A DNA stretch of 64,000 nucleotides from Entomortierella parvispora E1425 (Eukaryota; Fungi; Mortierellomycota). Made by a program: the position numbers and the translations under genes. The stretch is from contig BQFW01000012.1 in the NCBI GenBank assembly GCA_020891255.1, positions 2,542,001 to 2,606,000 of the forward strand, read 5' to 3'. A model generated the notes under the pieces. The model was not told the origin of the DNA. It made no database searches and was given only the letters and a program-made list of their open reading frames with translations. This document shows positions 36,020 to 48,400 of this stretch, in pieces; the stretch's first letter is position 1; the number at the start of each line of letters is the position of its first letter.

Positions 36020-37669
36020 ATGAGCCTTCTCACCGGTCCACCTGCACTGGTTCCCGCGACACTCGTCACCCTTCCCACGGAGATCTTGGAAGCAATCGTG
36101 CCATTCCTCAGGCAGAATACTCTATGTCGATGTGTTCTTGCTTCCCGGGCATGGAACAGGACTCTGACCCCTTACCTCTGGCGGACTCTTGGCATCCACA
36201 CTCGCAGGCAAGCGGGTCTATTCTCTAATGATGAGGCTCAGCTAGCAGTCAAGAGGAATGCGCCGTTTGTCCGTGTGCTACACCTCCTCCGCAAATCGGT
36301 GTATGAAGGGCTCCTCCCAACTCTGGAAATTGTCTATTCAGATCCTGGCCTGGGAGATCGCAGGAGCTACACAACAGGACTCCTCTCCAATCTACACACC
36401 TTGGAATTGCACTCTGTCAGGCAGGAAAAGAACTCTTTGCTCAACGGGAGAATCTTTGCCTTGGTCCGTCAAAATCCCTTGATCAGATACCTCAAGATCA
36501 CTCTGCACATGGACTACCAAGCGTTGATGCAACTGGTCACGAAGTACATGCCAAGTCTGGAGGAGCTGGATCTGGATACGGTGTGGCAAGGAGATCTCCA
36601 AGAGTTCCTCGAGAACCTTCCCGAGAGTATTCGCAAAGTGCGAATGGTAAGCGTCCTTCACGTGGCACCAGAACCGTCAACCCGGGATACAGAAAACGAT
36701 AGCGCAAATGCAGTGGCAAGGGAGGTGCGCTCTCATCATCAACTCGAGTCTCTCTTCATCAATGGAACATTCAACGAGCAGAAGGAAGATGTTTTGCTCA
36801 AGTTTTTTGAGAGCTGTGGCCCCAAGTTGAAGACCTTCAGCGGCACAGGATTTCTCTGGTGCATTGAAAACATTCGCACGACTACAACTGCCTTGGCCAA
36901 CTTTGGCTTCAACTGGACAGAGCTGCGTCCGCCTGCGTTGCATAAATACGAGTCCGACAGCAGAATGGCCACGGTCCTCGCCCACCATCCCTGGACCGCG
37001 ATTGAGGTGTACCTGCACAATTTGGGAACCATGGCTGTCAGAGCCCTTGTCGAGAACTGCAGTCACCTCACCGTACTCAACATCCAAGAGAACCGCAGGA
37101 CTGCACTCAAAGGTCTCGACCTACAAACCATTCTCTCCAGGGCCAAGAATTTAAAATCTCTCCAGGCCCACTGGCTCATCAGCGACGACAAGTTGAGCGC
37201 AATGGATATACTCTCCTCCGAATGGGCCACCACGACGTTGGAGCATATTGATTTCAAGATTGACGTCCTGCGCGTGAAGGATCACGAGATAACCAGAGAG
37301 GATGGAGCTCTTCAGACTTCTCGCAACATCCAACGGCAGGTTCTTGGACGCTTGGGACAACAAAAACACCTCAAAAAGCTGGTGATCGGAGGGAAAATTG
37401 GAGATCCCATGACAACCATGTACAACTACCAACTCAGCTGCCTTGAGTTTACACTGGAGGCTGGATTGGATGAATTGTGGGACCTCAAACAACTCGAGCT
37501 GTTGGATATTCACCACATGGATCACCGTGTGGATGTGGAAGAGCTTGAGTGGATGGTTGAAAATTGGCCTCGAATCTCGGAGGTCTCTGGTATACTGGAC
37601 AGCTTTCGCCCTCCGAGTTACGAGGTCCGAGCCTGGTTGGCGGCCAATTCGAGACCCTCATGGCGGTGA
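36020..37669 (+). CDS. F-box/LRR protein, last array copy, intact, 549 aa
   Basis: F-box LPTEILEAIVPFLRQNTLCRCVLASRAWNRTLTPYLW, LRRs and conserved C-terminal block. Confidence 0.9.
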   Translation: MSLLTGPPALVPATLVTLPTEILEAIVPFLRQNTLCRCVLASRAWNRTLTPYLWRTLGIHTRRQAGLFSNDEAQLAVKRNAPFVRVLHLLRKSVYEGLLPTLEIVYSDPGLGDRRSYTTGLLSNLHTLELHSVRQEKNSLLNGRIFALVRQNPLIRYLKITLHMDYQALMQLVTKYMPSLEELDLDTVWQGDLQEFLENLPESIRKVRMVSVLHVAPEPSTRDTENDSANAVAREVRSHHQLESLFINGTFNEQKEDVLLKFFESCGPKLKTFSGTGFLWCIENIRTTTTALANFGFNWTELRPPALHKYESDSRMATVLAHHPWTAIEVYLHNLGTMAVRALVENCSHLTVLNIQENRRTALKGLDLQTILSRAKNLKSLQAHWLISDDKLSAMDILSSEWATTTLEHIDFKIDVLRVKDHEITREDGALQTSRNIQRQVLGRLGQQKHLKKLVIGGKIGDPMTTMYNYQLSCLEFTLEAGLDELWDLKQLELLDIHHMDHRVDVEELEWMVENWPRISEVSGILDSFRPPSYEVRAWLAANSRPSWR

Positions 37670-37800
37670 AGATGAGTGAGCTCTTCCCAAAGAATAAACA
37701 CGCAAGTTACTTTCGTTCCCGTTATAAACAGGTTCTTTTTATTTACAAAAGTGAAAGCTTTCGAAAGTGAGGATGACAAAAGCCGAGATAAGCACTCTAA

Positions 37801-38943
37801 TCAAGCTTGAATGAACATCTTGCGGGTGCTGACATCCAACTCCTTGTAACGGGCCGAGTCGATCCACTTCTTGAAGGATGGGTGAGCGTGGACGGTCTCG
37901 CGGACCTTCCAGAGGTTGGGGGTCTTGTCCTTGGAGATTCCGACCTCATGCGCACCCGTGGGGTGCAACAACAAGAGACGGTCGATGAAAGTGGAGGTCT
38001 TAATATCGGCCAAGGTGGTCTGGTGTCCGACATAGTGACCATTGCTTCCGTTCTTGGCCAGATAGGCCTCATGCAAGGCCACAAACTTGGCAAGAACCTC
38101 GGCATAGAACTTGTTGGCCCCCTCGACCTGGTTCTCAATCGGTCCATTGGGTCCTCTCAAGACACTGGAGTGAAACGCCAGCATGGCACCGTCGGTCGAG
38201 GTGAAGAACTCATTGACCTTGTGCTCCTCCCATGCGTTTTTGCCCATCAGGTGGTATTTCTTGGCCAGGTAACGTTCAATCGCTTGAGCTTCCGCGAGCT
38301 CCAGAATGGTGCCATCTGCGGTCGTCTCAAAGACAACAGGGACGCACTGGAATGGGGTCTTTGTCTTTTGAGCGGGCCAGTCCTAGATGAACATAAAAGT
38401 TCACAGAGAAAAGAAGGGGTGACAAAGAGGGGGGATGAGCGTGAGAAATTGAATGGGTGATTTGCAACTTTTGTCCTCATCGCGCTGATAGGTGGATCCA
38501 TGTCAACGTGCACTCTCTCTGGGCTGAGGAGGGTGTGTGTGTGTGTGTGTGGGGGGGTCATTAATATTGCATGAGCAAGAACATTGGGTGTGGGTCTCAC
38601 TTACTATTGGGAGTTCCTCCCACTTGGCATCGCCATAGCCGAGGAGATTGCGGATGATCTCTGCACGACCATGGATTCCAAAGTAGAGGACCTTGTACGT
38701 CGAATCATGAGAGGTTGCGGCCTTAGAAAGAACCTCAGACGAGGCAACGGTTGGGGTGGGGAAGGCCATTGTTGTTCGAGTCTTGATATAGGGTCTTGAA
38801 AAGATTGGGTCGAGTCGTCGAAGCGGTTGCTGCTGAAGTTGCTTGAGGAGAGGCAAGTGAGAGGTGGTGGAGAGGGTGGTTACTGGTGATGAAGAATAGA
38901 AACGGAAAGCAGCCGTGGCGGCCAACGACAGCCTTTTATACAT
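37801..38943 (-). CDS. Glutathione S-transferase, intron 38383-38604; starts at 38769, or at 38943 with a presequence
   Basis: YKVLYFGIHGRAEIIRNLLGYG, WEELPI|DWPAQKTKTPFQCVPVVFET, AEAQAIERYLAKKY, HYVGHQTTLADI. Confidence 0.9.
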
Positions 38944-39654
38944 TTTTTTTCCGGACCTTGACCCTGAGTACTTTGTGGAGTGGATGGAAAGAGCAGTGAA
39001 AACAGGCAGTGTCGTCAACTGGCGCTAGATGTGCCCAAGCCCAAAGTCAAAAGGACCGCGCGCGCGTTCCCCTCCTGTTGCTGAATAATTCAATGGCCAA
39101 GAGAGTTTTTTGGTCGTGTCTTTTGGTACTCAAGGGGCGCCATTGCTCAAGACGTCTCGAAGTCAAATTGAAAGAAAAAAAACGGCGCGCGTCAAATGGG
39201 GCCCATGGTTGCCGCTCCCTCTCTCTGGTCCCTCTTCTCTCTCCATCCACAAAGGCATATTTGCTTCTCGTCACGTTTAACTGCATTGTACTGCGCACCT
39301 CTACCCCACCCTCCTGCTTTTCTCACAGAGTACGCGTACGCTCCATTTTTTTTGTTTGCGGGCCATCCAGTGGCACTGCCCCTGAGATTGAATCTGCGCA
39401 AGGCATTGTCGTGAGGGGTTTCTGCACTTCCGAGCACGCAATCAGGAGGTGTTTATGGGCACAGCAACACGGGGGCGAAGTAGAAGACATCGTGGAATGC
39501 TGTGTGGGGATGCATGACCATGAGACCGTTAGAGCCCAGAAGAGACGCGCTGCCCCTCTAGACGTTCACGGCGCGCCGAATAGGCAAAAGAGAGTAGGCG
39601 TGTGATTCATTGTCTGTTTTTATTTATGTAAAGAGCCTGGGTCTATCATTGGAT

Positions 39655-40841
39655 CTACTGCTTGCGGTGGGACACCAAGGACTCATCATCCCAGGAAAAG
39701 AACTTTCCGCTGATGGAGCTAGGGGCCTTGACTGCCAAGCTGGCAATGACATGGCCGGGCTGATCGGGGTGGAGAAGTGCCTTGGTCTCGTGCAAATTGA
39801 CGAACTTGGCATACTGGGCAGGAACCATTCCGGTGACACCTATTACAGAAAGAAAAAAAAATCAGGCCAGTTGGTTAGATGAGATCAAAAAGACCACATA
39901 GGGGTTTTGGTAAGGAAGAAAAAAGCAAGTCCGGCAAACTCTTACCCTTCTCACGAATGACTCCCTGCATATCGGTGTCGACAACGCCAGGGCGGATCGA
40001 GACAGTGGTGATGTCGGACTCTTCCGTGGCGAGAATCTCACCAAACATCTTCAGGGCAGCCTTAGATCTAAAGGGAAGGAAAGGAAGAAAGAGACCCTGA
40101 TTTAGAAAAGAAACGAAGCGCGCTTCGTTGAAACAAAAAAAAGTCAATGACCCTGAGCTGTAGAGTTTGACATACGTGCAGTAAGCGCCCCAGCCATGGT
40201 AAGGATTGACAGCAGCTCCAGAGCTGACCAAGATCACACGTCCCTTGGAAGCACGGAGGGCTGGAAGAGCTTGCTGAACAAGGGTGACGATCGAGAAGAA
40301 GTTGATGTCAAAGGCTCTATAATGTCGAGACGGATCAAGAGGGGAGGAGGTCAGCAATCGAGTTTGAATGGATTCCAGCCGTCACTGATAATGGTTGCAT
40401 CGTTCGCTTTCCAGCCGTACCTCTTCCAGTCCTCAACAGTGGTGCTGGAAACAGGGCCCAAAGGATCGAGCACTCTAGTCATTCGAAAGCAGTTGGTTGT
40501 TAGATCGTTGTTGTTGATGTATCCCTGCAACGATAAAACAAGCTATCCTCTCTCGTTTACCCAGCATTGAGGACAAGGCCATCCAGCTTCCCGGACCAGG
40601 ACTTTGTGGCTAGGGTGACGGCCTCCGAAACAGTAGACTTTGTGGTCACGTCTCCGACGACGAACTTGAAGCGGTCCTTGAGCTGCAGATCGGCCTCGAT
40701 GTGGTGGGACAACTTCTGGAGTGCTTCTTGGGAACGGGCCACACCAATGACATTGGCACCGAGGTTTTGGATGGCAAGGAGAGCAATGCTGCGACCAATG
40801 CCGCGCGATGCGCCGGTGACGATAAGAGTGGGGCTAGTCAT
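39655..40841 (-). CDS. Short-chain dehydrogenase/reductase (sepiapterin/benzil reductase-like), multi-exon
   Basis: TGASRGIG Rossmann motif, LVLNAG, ILVSSGAA, YxxxK (WGAYC..SKAAL across an intron), IRPGVVDTDMQ, last exon LLHPDQPGHVIASL...FFSWDD. Confidence 0.88.
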
Positions 40842-41176
40842 ACTGAGTGGGAATGGAAGGTGAAGGTGAATGAGAGAAGAAAGAGATGTTGGGCATGAAT
40901 GAGATTCACGGACAGAAGGTATCAAGGGAACCAGCGCAGGTTTTTGTGCTCTCGGAGCACGTCACTCTCACGCTGTGGCGCGCAACCATTCAATCCAATG
41001 GGACGCGCCTGCTGCTTTCACACGCTCTCTCGTTTCTTTGTGCTTGTTTTTTTTAATCATGATGGATGCCTTATGTACATGCTATGGACGATGGAATAGT
41101 GGATGAAAGGGGTGTCGGATCGAAAAGAAAGTAGGCGACCCGTGTGCAAGGTTGAATCAAGATGGCAGGATATCCT

Positions 41177-42061
41177 TTAGGCCTTCTTCTGCTTCTTTGC
41201 GACAGGTTTGCCCTTCCCTGATCCTTTTGTTGCAGCGGCCTTGATGGCCTTGTCCAGCTTCTTGGTTGCCTGCTTTTCCGCATGCTCAACAATCTTCTCG
41301 ACCTTCTTCTCGACCTGCTTCTCAGCCTTGTGGACAATCTTGGCCACCTTCTTCTCGACCTCCTTCTCCACCTTGTGCACAGCCTGCTCCACCTTCTTCT
41401 CTGCCTTCTCTGCAATCTTTTCCAACTTGTCGCCCGTGGCACTTTCGGCAGCCAAGGCCATCTTGCGCTCCCACTGACGCTTCTTCTTCTCCTTGAGTTT
41501 TTGCTTCTGGGCCGCCTTGCGGTCCTCCTTCTTCTTGAGAGATTTCTCCTTCTTCTTCAGGTTCTTGGCCTTCAGTCCATCAATGTGCTCCTTGCTCCGC
41601 TCGTCCTTCAAGGCCTTCTTGTAAAGCTTCAAGTTGGCCTTGTGCTCATGACCGTTCAAGTGCACCTGGACCATGGTCTCGTTCTTTAGCTTTTTGCGAG
41701 GGCAGATCTTGCAGCGGTAGTGCGTCGTCTCCTCTGCCTCTGCTTCAGCCTCTTCCTCCTCGTCTTCGCTCTCGTCCTCCGAGCCCTTCTCTTCCTCATC
41801 CTCTGATCCGGCCTCCGCTTCGTCTTCCTCGCCGTCCTTCTTGAGCGATCCCTCGTACTTCTTGATATAGTTCTCCAACTCGGCATCCTCCTCGCTGTCC
41901 AAATCACCATTATCCTCATCCGAAGAGCTGTCGTCAGAGTCGGAACCAGAGTCGGAGAACTGGGCGAGAGCCTCCATCTCCTCATCGGCATCATCGCCCG
42001 TGGGCATCACTTCGGTGTAAATGGCATTCCTGGCCAACTCGCGATGGGCACGTTTCAGCAT
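41177..42061 (-). CDS. Acidic/Lys-rich protein with a C2H2-like zinc finger, probably nuclear or nucleolar (294 aa)
   Basis: Single-exon ORF; D/E/S tract; CKICPRKKLKNETMVQVHLNGHEH; Lys-rich helical tail. Confidence 0.8.
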   Translation of the reverse strand: MLKRAHRELARNAIYTEVMPTGDDADEEMEALAQFSDSGSDSDDSSSDEDNGDLDSEEDAELENYIKKYEGSLKKDGEEDEAEAGSEDEEEKGSEDESEDEEEEAEAEAEETTHYRCKICPRKKLKNETMVQVHLNGHEHKANLKLYKKALKDERSKEHIDGLKAKNLKKKEKSLKKKEDRKAAQKQKLKEKKKRQWERKMALAAESATGDKLEKIAEKAEKKVEQAVHKVEKEVEKKVAKIVHKAEKQVEKKVEKIVEHAEKQATKKLDKAIKAAATKGSGKGKPVAKKQKKA

Positions 42062-42336
42062 CTTGTTGTTTTCGTTGTTATTGTTGTTGTCTTTGTTGGG
42101 TTGTTGTGTTCTCGGACCGTGTCGCTCTTGACGTGCGTTCGAGGTCCAGGGTTGAGGGTAAAGAGATGCAACAAAGGAATGAAAGAGTGGAAGGAGAGAA
42201 GGCGCGTATGGTTCTTGTGTTTATTGGACTTCTCTCTTGATTTTTTTCTTTTTTTTTTTTTGTGGCATGCGATGTGATGGTGGCTTTGACAGCTCAAAAC
42301 AGCAGTCCCTTTGCCACCAATCTAAAAATCCTCTCT

Positions 42337-44873
42337 TCAAACAGGGATTTGCTCGACGTTGTCCTTGGCCTCTTGCCACGATCCCAGGTTCTGCAGAAAC
42401 AATAAAGAGGTGTTTTGCATGGAGTGAGCAGATTATACACAGCTATAGACACCCGTTGGCAAAAGGAGGGGAGAAAAAGGCAGACACTTACCTTTTGGCA
42501 CCACTTTTGGTGAGCCTTGGCATAGGCCAAGAGCACCTCCCTGAGGTCCTTGATCTTTTGACGCTGGAATCGATCCAAGTCTCCTTGCACTGCACGAGAG
42601 ATCTTTTCCAGGTCAGCATTGGTGGTCTCCAACTGCTCCTCCAACTAAAGAAATAGCAGCAGTTCTTCAATGTTAGGACTCGGGCCGTGAGATGTTTTTC
42701 TTCACAACTCAAAGCACAGCAGTGGTATACCTGAACAATCGCATCGCGCGTTTTGCCAATGTTGTTCCTTCGAGTCGCCTCAGGGTCCACATCAATGATT
42801 CCATGGAGAGTGTGGCTCAGAGCACTAAAGACATTGAGTCGTGTGCTCCTTCGCTTTGCAACGCCAGGTTGGGTATGGGTATGAGCATATGGGTTGTTGG
42901 AAGGAGGGAGTTGCGCGTAAGGGTTGGAAGGATCCACAGCTGTAGCCGTCGAGGATGCTGATGTGCGAGCGTAAGGATTGTGCGATTCCGACTCTGCTTC
43001 ATCATTGGTTACTGTAGACTCTGGCTCGTTGGTGAAGGTTCCTTCCTCAGAAATCGACTGGGCATCGCCCGACAAAGATTCTTCCTGGACAGTTTCGCTG
43101 CGCTGAGAGGTAGAAGCAGGTATGCTGGCCGACCCTCCTGTGGCAGAGCGCTCGCGCTTCAAGGCATCCTCAATCCTCTTGGCTTCAGTCTCCATCCTCT
43201 CCAGATTCTCCAATGAACTCCTCTTGGATTCCAGCAAATCAGCAGTGCTCTCGGACTGGATATGCTTTTGATGTCTAAACTTGAGAATCGACTTGATGAT
43301 GCTGGCATACTGTACATACTCCTGCATTGGCTCATTCACATTAACTTCCAGTGCTTGCATCTATTCAATATACGAGGATGACGGGATGCTATCGTTAGAG
43401 GCAGGGGGTCTTCAAAGTTGCACGCTGTTCTTTCTGTTTCATTATTTTACCAATGCAGTGGTGGCCATGAAGCTCGAGTCCACAGCCTGACCAATCTTTT
43501 CAATTGCGTTCGCCAATGGGACACACTCTGACTCGCTCAAACTGAATCCGTTCAAAGTCGCACCCAGGTCAGAGTTGTCATTTGCAATTTCTACAAAACA
43601 AAAAGGACAGTTACAGATGAATCCGTCATGTCATTGTGATACATGCAGCAGCCCCTCTGGCATGTGGCCTAAGCATACCTCCAAGTTTACGGACAACCTT
43701 CTTCTGACTGCGATCCATGCTGCCTGAAAGTTGGTTCGAGAACTTTTGAGTAAACACTTCACTGTCAATGAATCGGGGGTCAGGCTGTCTCAAGGGTGGT
43801 GGTGCAACCGCGCCTGCAGGGTTCGATGGTCCTGGCGACGACTGAGAGGAGGAAGCGGTAGGTGAGGCGGGAAGAGAGGGTGAGCGCGTCAAGGAGGCGG
43901 AGGAAGAGCTGGCTGTTAGTGTCGCGTTGAGAGGGTTCTTGGGCAGAGTCGAAATGGGCGGACAGTGCATCAGCTCCGACTAAAAAATATCAGGACGTGG
44001 AGGAGAGTACAGTGTGTTAGCGCAACGGTCCATAACGTCGATCTAGGTGCCAACGCCTACTACACCAAAGAACAGTGAGGAGAAGGAGTTGTGTCGTCGT
44101 CCATACCCAAGAAACTCCTGCCTCCAAGAACCGATGGAAAACGTGCTCGTAAGAGAGAATCTCATGCTTTGCCAGTCGATTCAGGAACTTTTGCAACATC
44201 CTCTTGCGCTTCTCGACCATGGCCGCATCCTCCTTGCTCTTGTTCTGGATATTGGCATAGTTGGCTATATTGAGAATAGCGGTTAGTCGTCGTAATGAAA
44301 ACAATGCGTACTACCCAGAAGGGGGCACTGACGTCTTGACACAGACGCACGTATTTGTCGGCTTACAGATGGAATGCTTCTCTGGGATGGGAGGCACAAT
44401 CAGAGTAGGGTAAATCCTGCAGAGCACCTTGCGCAACGATTCGAATTCAGAGTATCGTCTCTTGACCTCATTGTCCTACAGAGATGGTAAAAGAGTCAAA
44501 CAAAGTCAGTTCATGCCACGCATGGAGCAACAAGGGAACAGTCATTCCTCCCGCGACGAGACGTGCAGGGGACAGCGACAGCAGGGAGCGTGGGGTGTGG
44601 ATATCAAGGACATACGCCGATCTTGATGGTGTAGGCAACAAAGGCGCTGGCAGTCAGTCCGTCGGCGACCTTTGTGGCCGAGGTGACAAAGAGGGTGGTG
44701 TGGGGCTGGTGCAGGAGGGTGCTGACGGAGCAGCAGGTCGTTCCTGGGGCAGCGCGGGGGATGGTCGTGAAGGCCGTGTAAGGCTCGTGGGGAGGGGGGG
44801 TGTGGGGCCGGTGCTCGTCCTGGCGGTGGCTGTTGCTGTGGCTGTGGCTGTCTTCCGAGTCTGAGAAGGACAT
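42337..44873 (-). CDS. SNX41: PX-BAR sorting nexin, Snx41/Atg20-like, multi-exon
   Basis: [18 protein letters not shown]...[25 protein letters not shown] (PX); BAR region with [15 protein letters not shown] and [13 protein letters not shown]. Confidence 0.85.
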
Positions 44874-45450
44874 GGCGGATGGTGGTGGAGGGGGAGACAG
44901 ATGGAGACAGATGGAGAAGAAAGGAAAAGAGACGGGGGGCGGGCCAAGGTCAAAGTCAAGTCAAGGGCGTCTGTCTGCCAAGCACAAGCACAAGCACCCG
45001 CCAGACAAACGATAAAAACTGGAGGGCGACAGAGGGGCCAAAAAAGCAAAAAAGCCGTTCGACACCACATGGCGTGCCCTCTGTATTTGCACGACTGCTA
45101 TCTGCACACGCATCGACACCTCCCCTCCCCTCCCCACCTGTTGACCTGACAGATCAACATAAACAAATCCAAACGCGCTCAGCACGCTCTGCTCTGCTTG
45201 CCTGTTTGCATTCATTCATTCTTCTTTCTCGCTTCCTCGGCTTCATTGGACTACTCGCTCCTACCTTCCTCCACCGCCATCCTACTTGGGCCCCAATCCC
45301 GCTTCTCGTCCTCTCGTTGTCTTCTCCCCCACTTCTGACTCTCTCTTATTTTCGGGCATTATACCCATCAGCGCCCCCGAGATTAGCTTCAGCAGAAACA
45401 AACACGGAATACTTTTCTAAATCGACATTACCATCACAGACCGTCTTACC

Positions 45451-48400
45451 ATGCCACCAAAGCCACAGCCTATGGCTAGGACCCTCAGCGCGTTCTTCTC
45501 GAAAGACGACGCTTCTCCCGCGCAGATGGAACATCAACAGGAACAATCCGCTTCTGCACAGGAACAGAAAGGTAGGTCGATGCTTCATGATGATGGACTC
45601 GAGCGTTCATATTGCCGAACTAACCAGTCATCCTCCTATTGTTGTCAAAAAAAGTAGGCGAAGATACTACGCCCGAAAAGCCCAAAAGGAAGAGAGCGAG
45701 CAAGGCCAAAAAAGCAGAGTCTGTTGGCGCTCCAGTTGTAGCAACAGAAGAAAAACTGATCGCATCACCCAAAAAGAAGTCAAGGTCAAAAGTTGAGCTC
45801 TTGACAGAAGTCGAGATCCTAGTACGACCCTCAGTATCCACCAAGGCTGCAAAACCTGTCCAGGAGCATCAAAATATCGCTACCGACCTTTCACCGTTGG
45901 CCGAAAAGGCAGAGTCCACCCTTTTGACACCAACGCCACCAAAGGCAGCCAAAAAAGCACCGCCATCTCCCAGCAAACCTGCACCGACTGTCGTTGCTGG
46001 AGCCGCCTCCAGCAGCGTCACTGCATCTGTGACCAACGCCTCTAGAATGTTCAAGGTTCGCAACGGAAAGACATTCTTCTCAGAGCAAAAGCTCAAGTAC
46101 TATTCACATCCAGCTACCGTTATGGATCTGGCAAACTTCCATGCGTTCCGGGGACAGTTGCAGGAAGCGGCGAATCCACTGCAGTACCCAGGCGTCCGTA
46201 CAGATGGTAGCTATCGGGAGATTACGACTATACCTAGAGAGCATCTTGGACTTTTTGCCAAACTGGCAGAAGAAAGTGACCAGTCGCTATCGGATCTGGC
46301 AACAGGATTAATGACCAGCCTGTGCCCATTGGACTTTGAGCAATTTGGAGGATATTGTACTTCTGTGGATACTTTGGCGGTGCAAAAGGCAGAGACGGAC
46401 CACGACAGCATGGATGTGGATGTGGATGTGGAGACTGTAGACATTGATGACACCAACAAAACACCGTCAGTCAAGTGGGGATCAACAAGGGTATCCTTGG
46501 CAGCAGTGATGGATGCTATCCAAACTGTTGCAAAGAGAGTCAACTATGGAGTGCCGATCTCCAACCTTCCAAATTCTGTACCGGTCACCCCTGCAAACTT
46601 GTCCATATTTCGCTGGGAAGTGCAGGATATCGATCAATATTTTCCAGCTGATATGAGAGCGGCGGTTACCCAACGGAGGAGCAAACGAATGGAAGCATCT
46701 GCTGCTATGACAGCTTGGTTCCTGAGCTTGGAAACGAAACAACAGGATGAATTTTGCCCAGCAGTCAAGGTGTCGCTCAACCTGGACACAAGCCAGCCAG
46801 CAGAAGGCATGGATATAGATGTGAGTGCGCAAGCCCCAGCCAGCAAGGACGGTGGAGCTCGACCAGTCCTATTGGATAGTGCGATTGCTGTAGAAGCAGT
46901 CGTAGATCCAGCAGTACTAGAGGCGAAACTTAAAGAGGCCGAGGTAAAGAAAAAGGAGGCCGAGCTCAAAGAGGAGAAGCGTCTGGACAAGGAGCGCAAG
47001 TTGGCTGAACGACAGCTGGAAAAAGAACAAAAGGAGGCCGAAAGGCTGCAAAAGGAGGCTGAAAGACTGCAGAAGGAGGAGGCCAAGAAGCAAAAGGCCG
47101 AGGAAGAACGTCTCAAGAAAGAGCAGGTAATTGCTTGGTTTGAGCTCTGTTTGTTTGAGATACTGTGTCTAACATTTTGAACCGCTTTTGTAGACTTCAC
47201 TTCGTTTCGTAGGCTTTTTCAAACCAGCCACAGCTCCAGTCTCCAAAAAAGAGGGAGTGCAGGAGCAGATCAAGAACGACAATCCTTGCGCCTCTCAGTC
47301 GGAGCTCTTCCATCCATTCCATGTCAAGAAGAATACAACCCTCGCGCCGATCAACTCATTTGCTACCAAATTTTCTACTGAAGCTTTTGATCAGGAGCTT
47401 GGTCTTGCAGCATATCGCGCGACTGGATCCAACGACACTGAAATGGACATGGATGTGGACACTGTTCCTCAACTAGGAGCTATGAATATGAAGACGTTGC
47501 TGCCATCCCTCTTTCCAACCATGGGGCGGCGGAGCGAAGTTGCAACTAGGAAGAGCAAGCTGCCGCCTCAGACCAAGTACATGTCGGTTCCTGAAGTCAT
47601 TCAGTCTGGACTCCTCTTGCAAGAGCATGACGAGGACCTTAGTTACCTTTTGACTTGGAAGGATATTCCTTGTCTCCGCATGCGACTCTTTCAATTTGTG
47701 GAAAATTATCGCCCTGCGTATTATGGTAGGTAGCAACCAATTGGGGCCCTTTTTTTGTTTCTTTTCGCCTTGTCTGGTATTGACTCGATCATTTTTCTAT
47801 CCAATTTTAGGCACATGGTCCAAGAGAAGCAAGCGAATCACCGGTCGCAGGTTCTTGGGCAAGGATACTGTCCTGATTGACTACGATGTGGACAGTGAAG
47901 CCGAGTGGGAGGAAGACGAAGAAGGAGAGGAGTGCAAGAGTGATGACGAAGATGAGGATGCGGAGGAAGTCGGTAGCGAGCAGGATGAAGAGGTAAGTGA
48001 CTTGGCTCGAAAAATATTGACACGCTCCAAGTTCAGGTAGAGTCATCTCTGACGATTGGACACTCTTGCCTTGTTTTCTGTTTGAATAGGATGACTGGCT
48101 TGTACCAGAAGGATATCTTTCAGAAGATGAAGGAATGGAAGTGGGCGAAGAAGGGGGTTCCAAGGATTTGTCTGCCTCTAAAAAGTCAAAGGATGCAAGA
48201 CGTGTATGTATCAGGAATCTGGCTTCGTGCGCAGGTTGCAGAGGAGAGAAACTAACGATACTTCGAATGTCAATTGATAGCCCAATGCCACCCACGTTGC
48301 ACCTGTAATTGTTGGACCCATCTTTGAGACGACTCTTGGAGAATACTCCTGCCACCCCGCTCTGGAAGCGTACCACATTGAGTTCTTGACAGGTAAGCAC

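Noticed and set aside
16750-37525. Numerous antisense and alternative-frame ORFs of 60-180 aa across the array, some recurring between copies
   Set aside because: They are shadows of the duplicated sense CDS; recurrence is explained by paralogy
14679-38943. The two GSTs as terminal inverted repeats of a mobile element carrying the array
   Set aside because: They are diverged with different intron positions, and no transposase, TIRs or target-site duplication is seen
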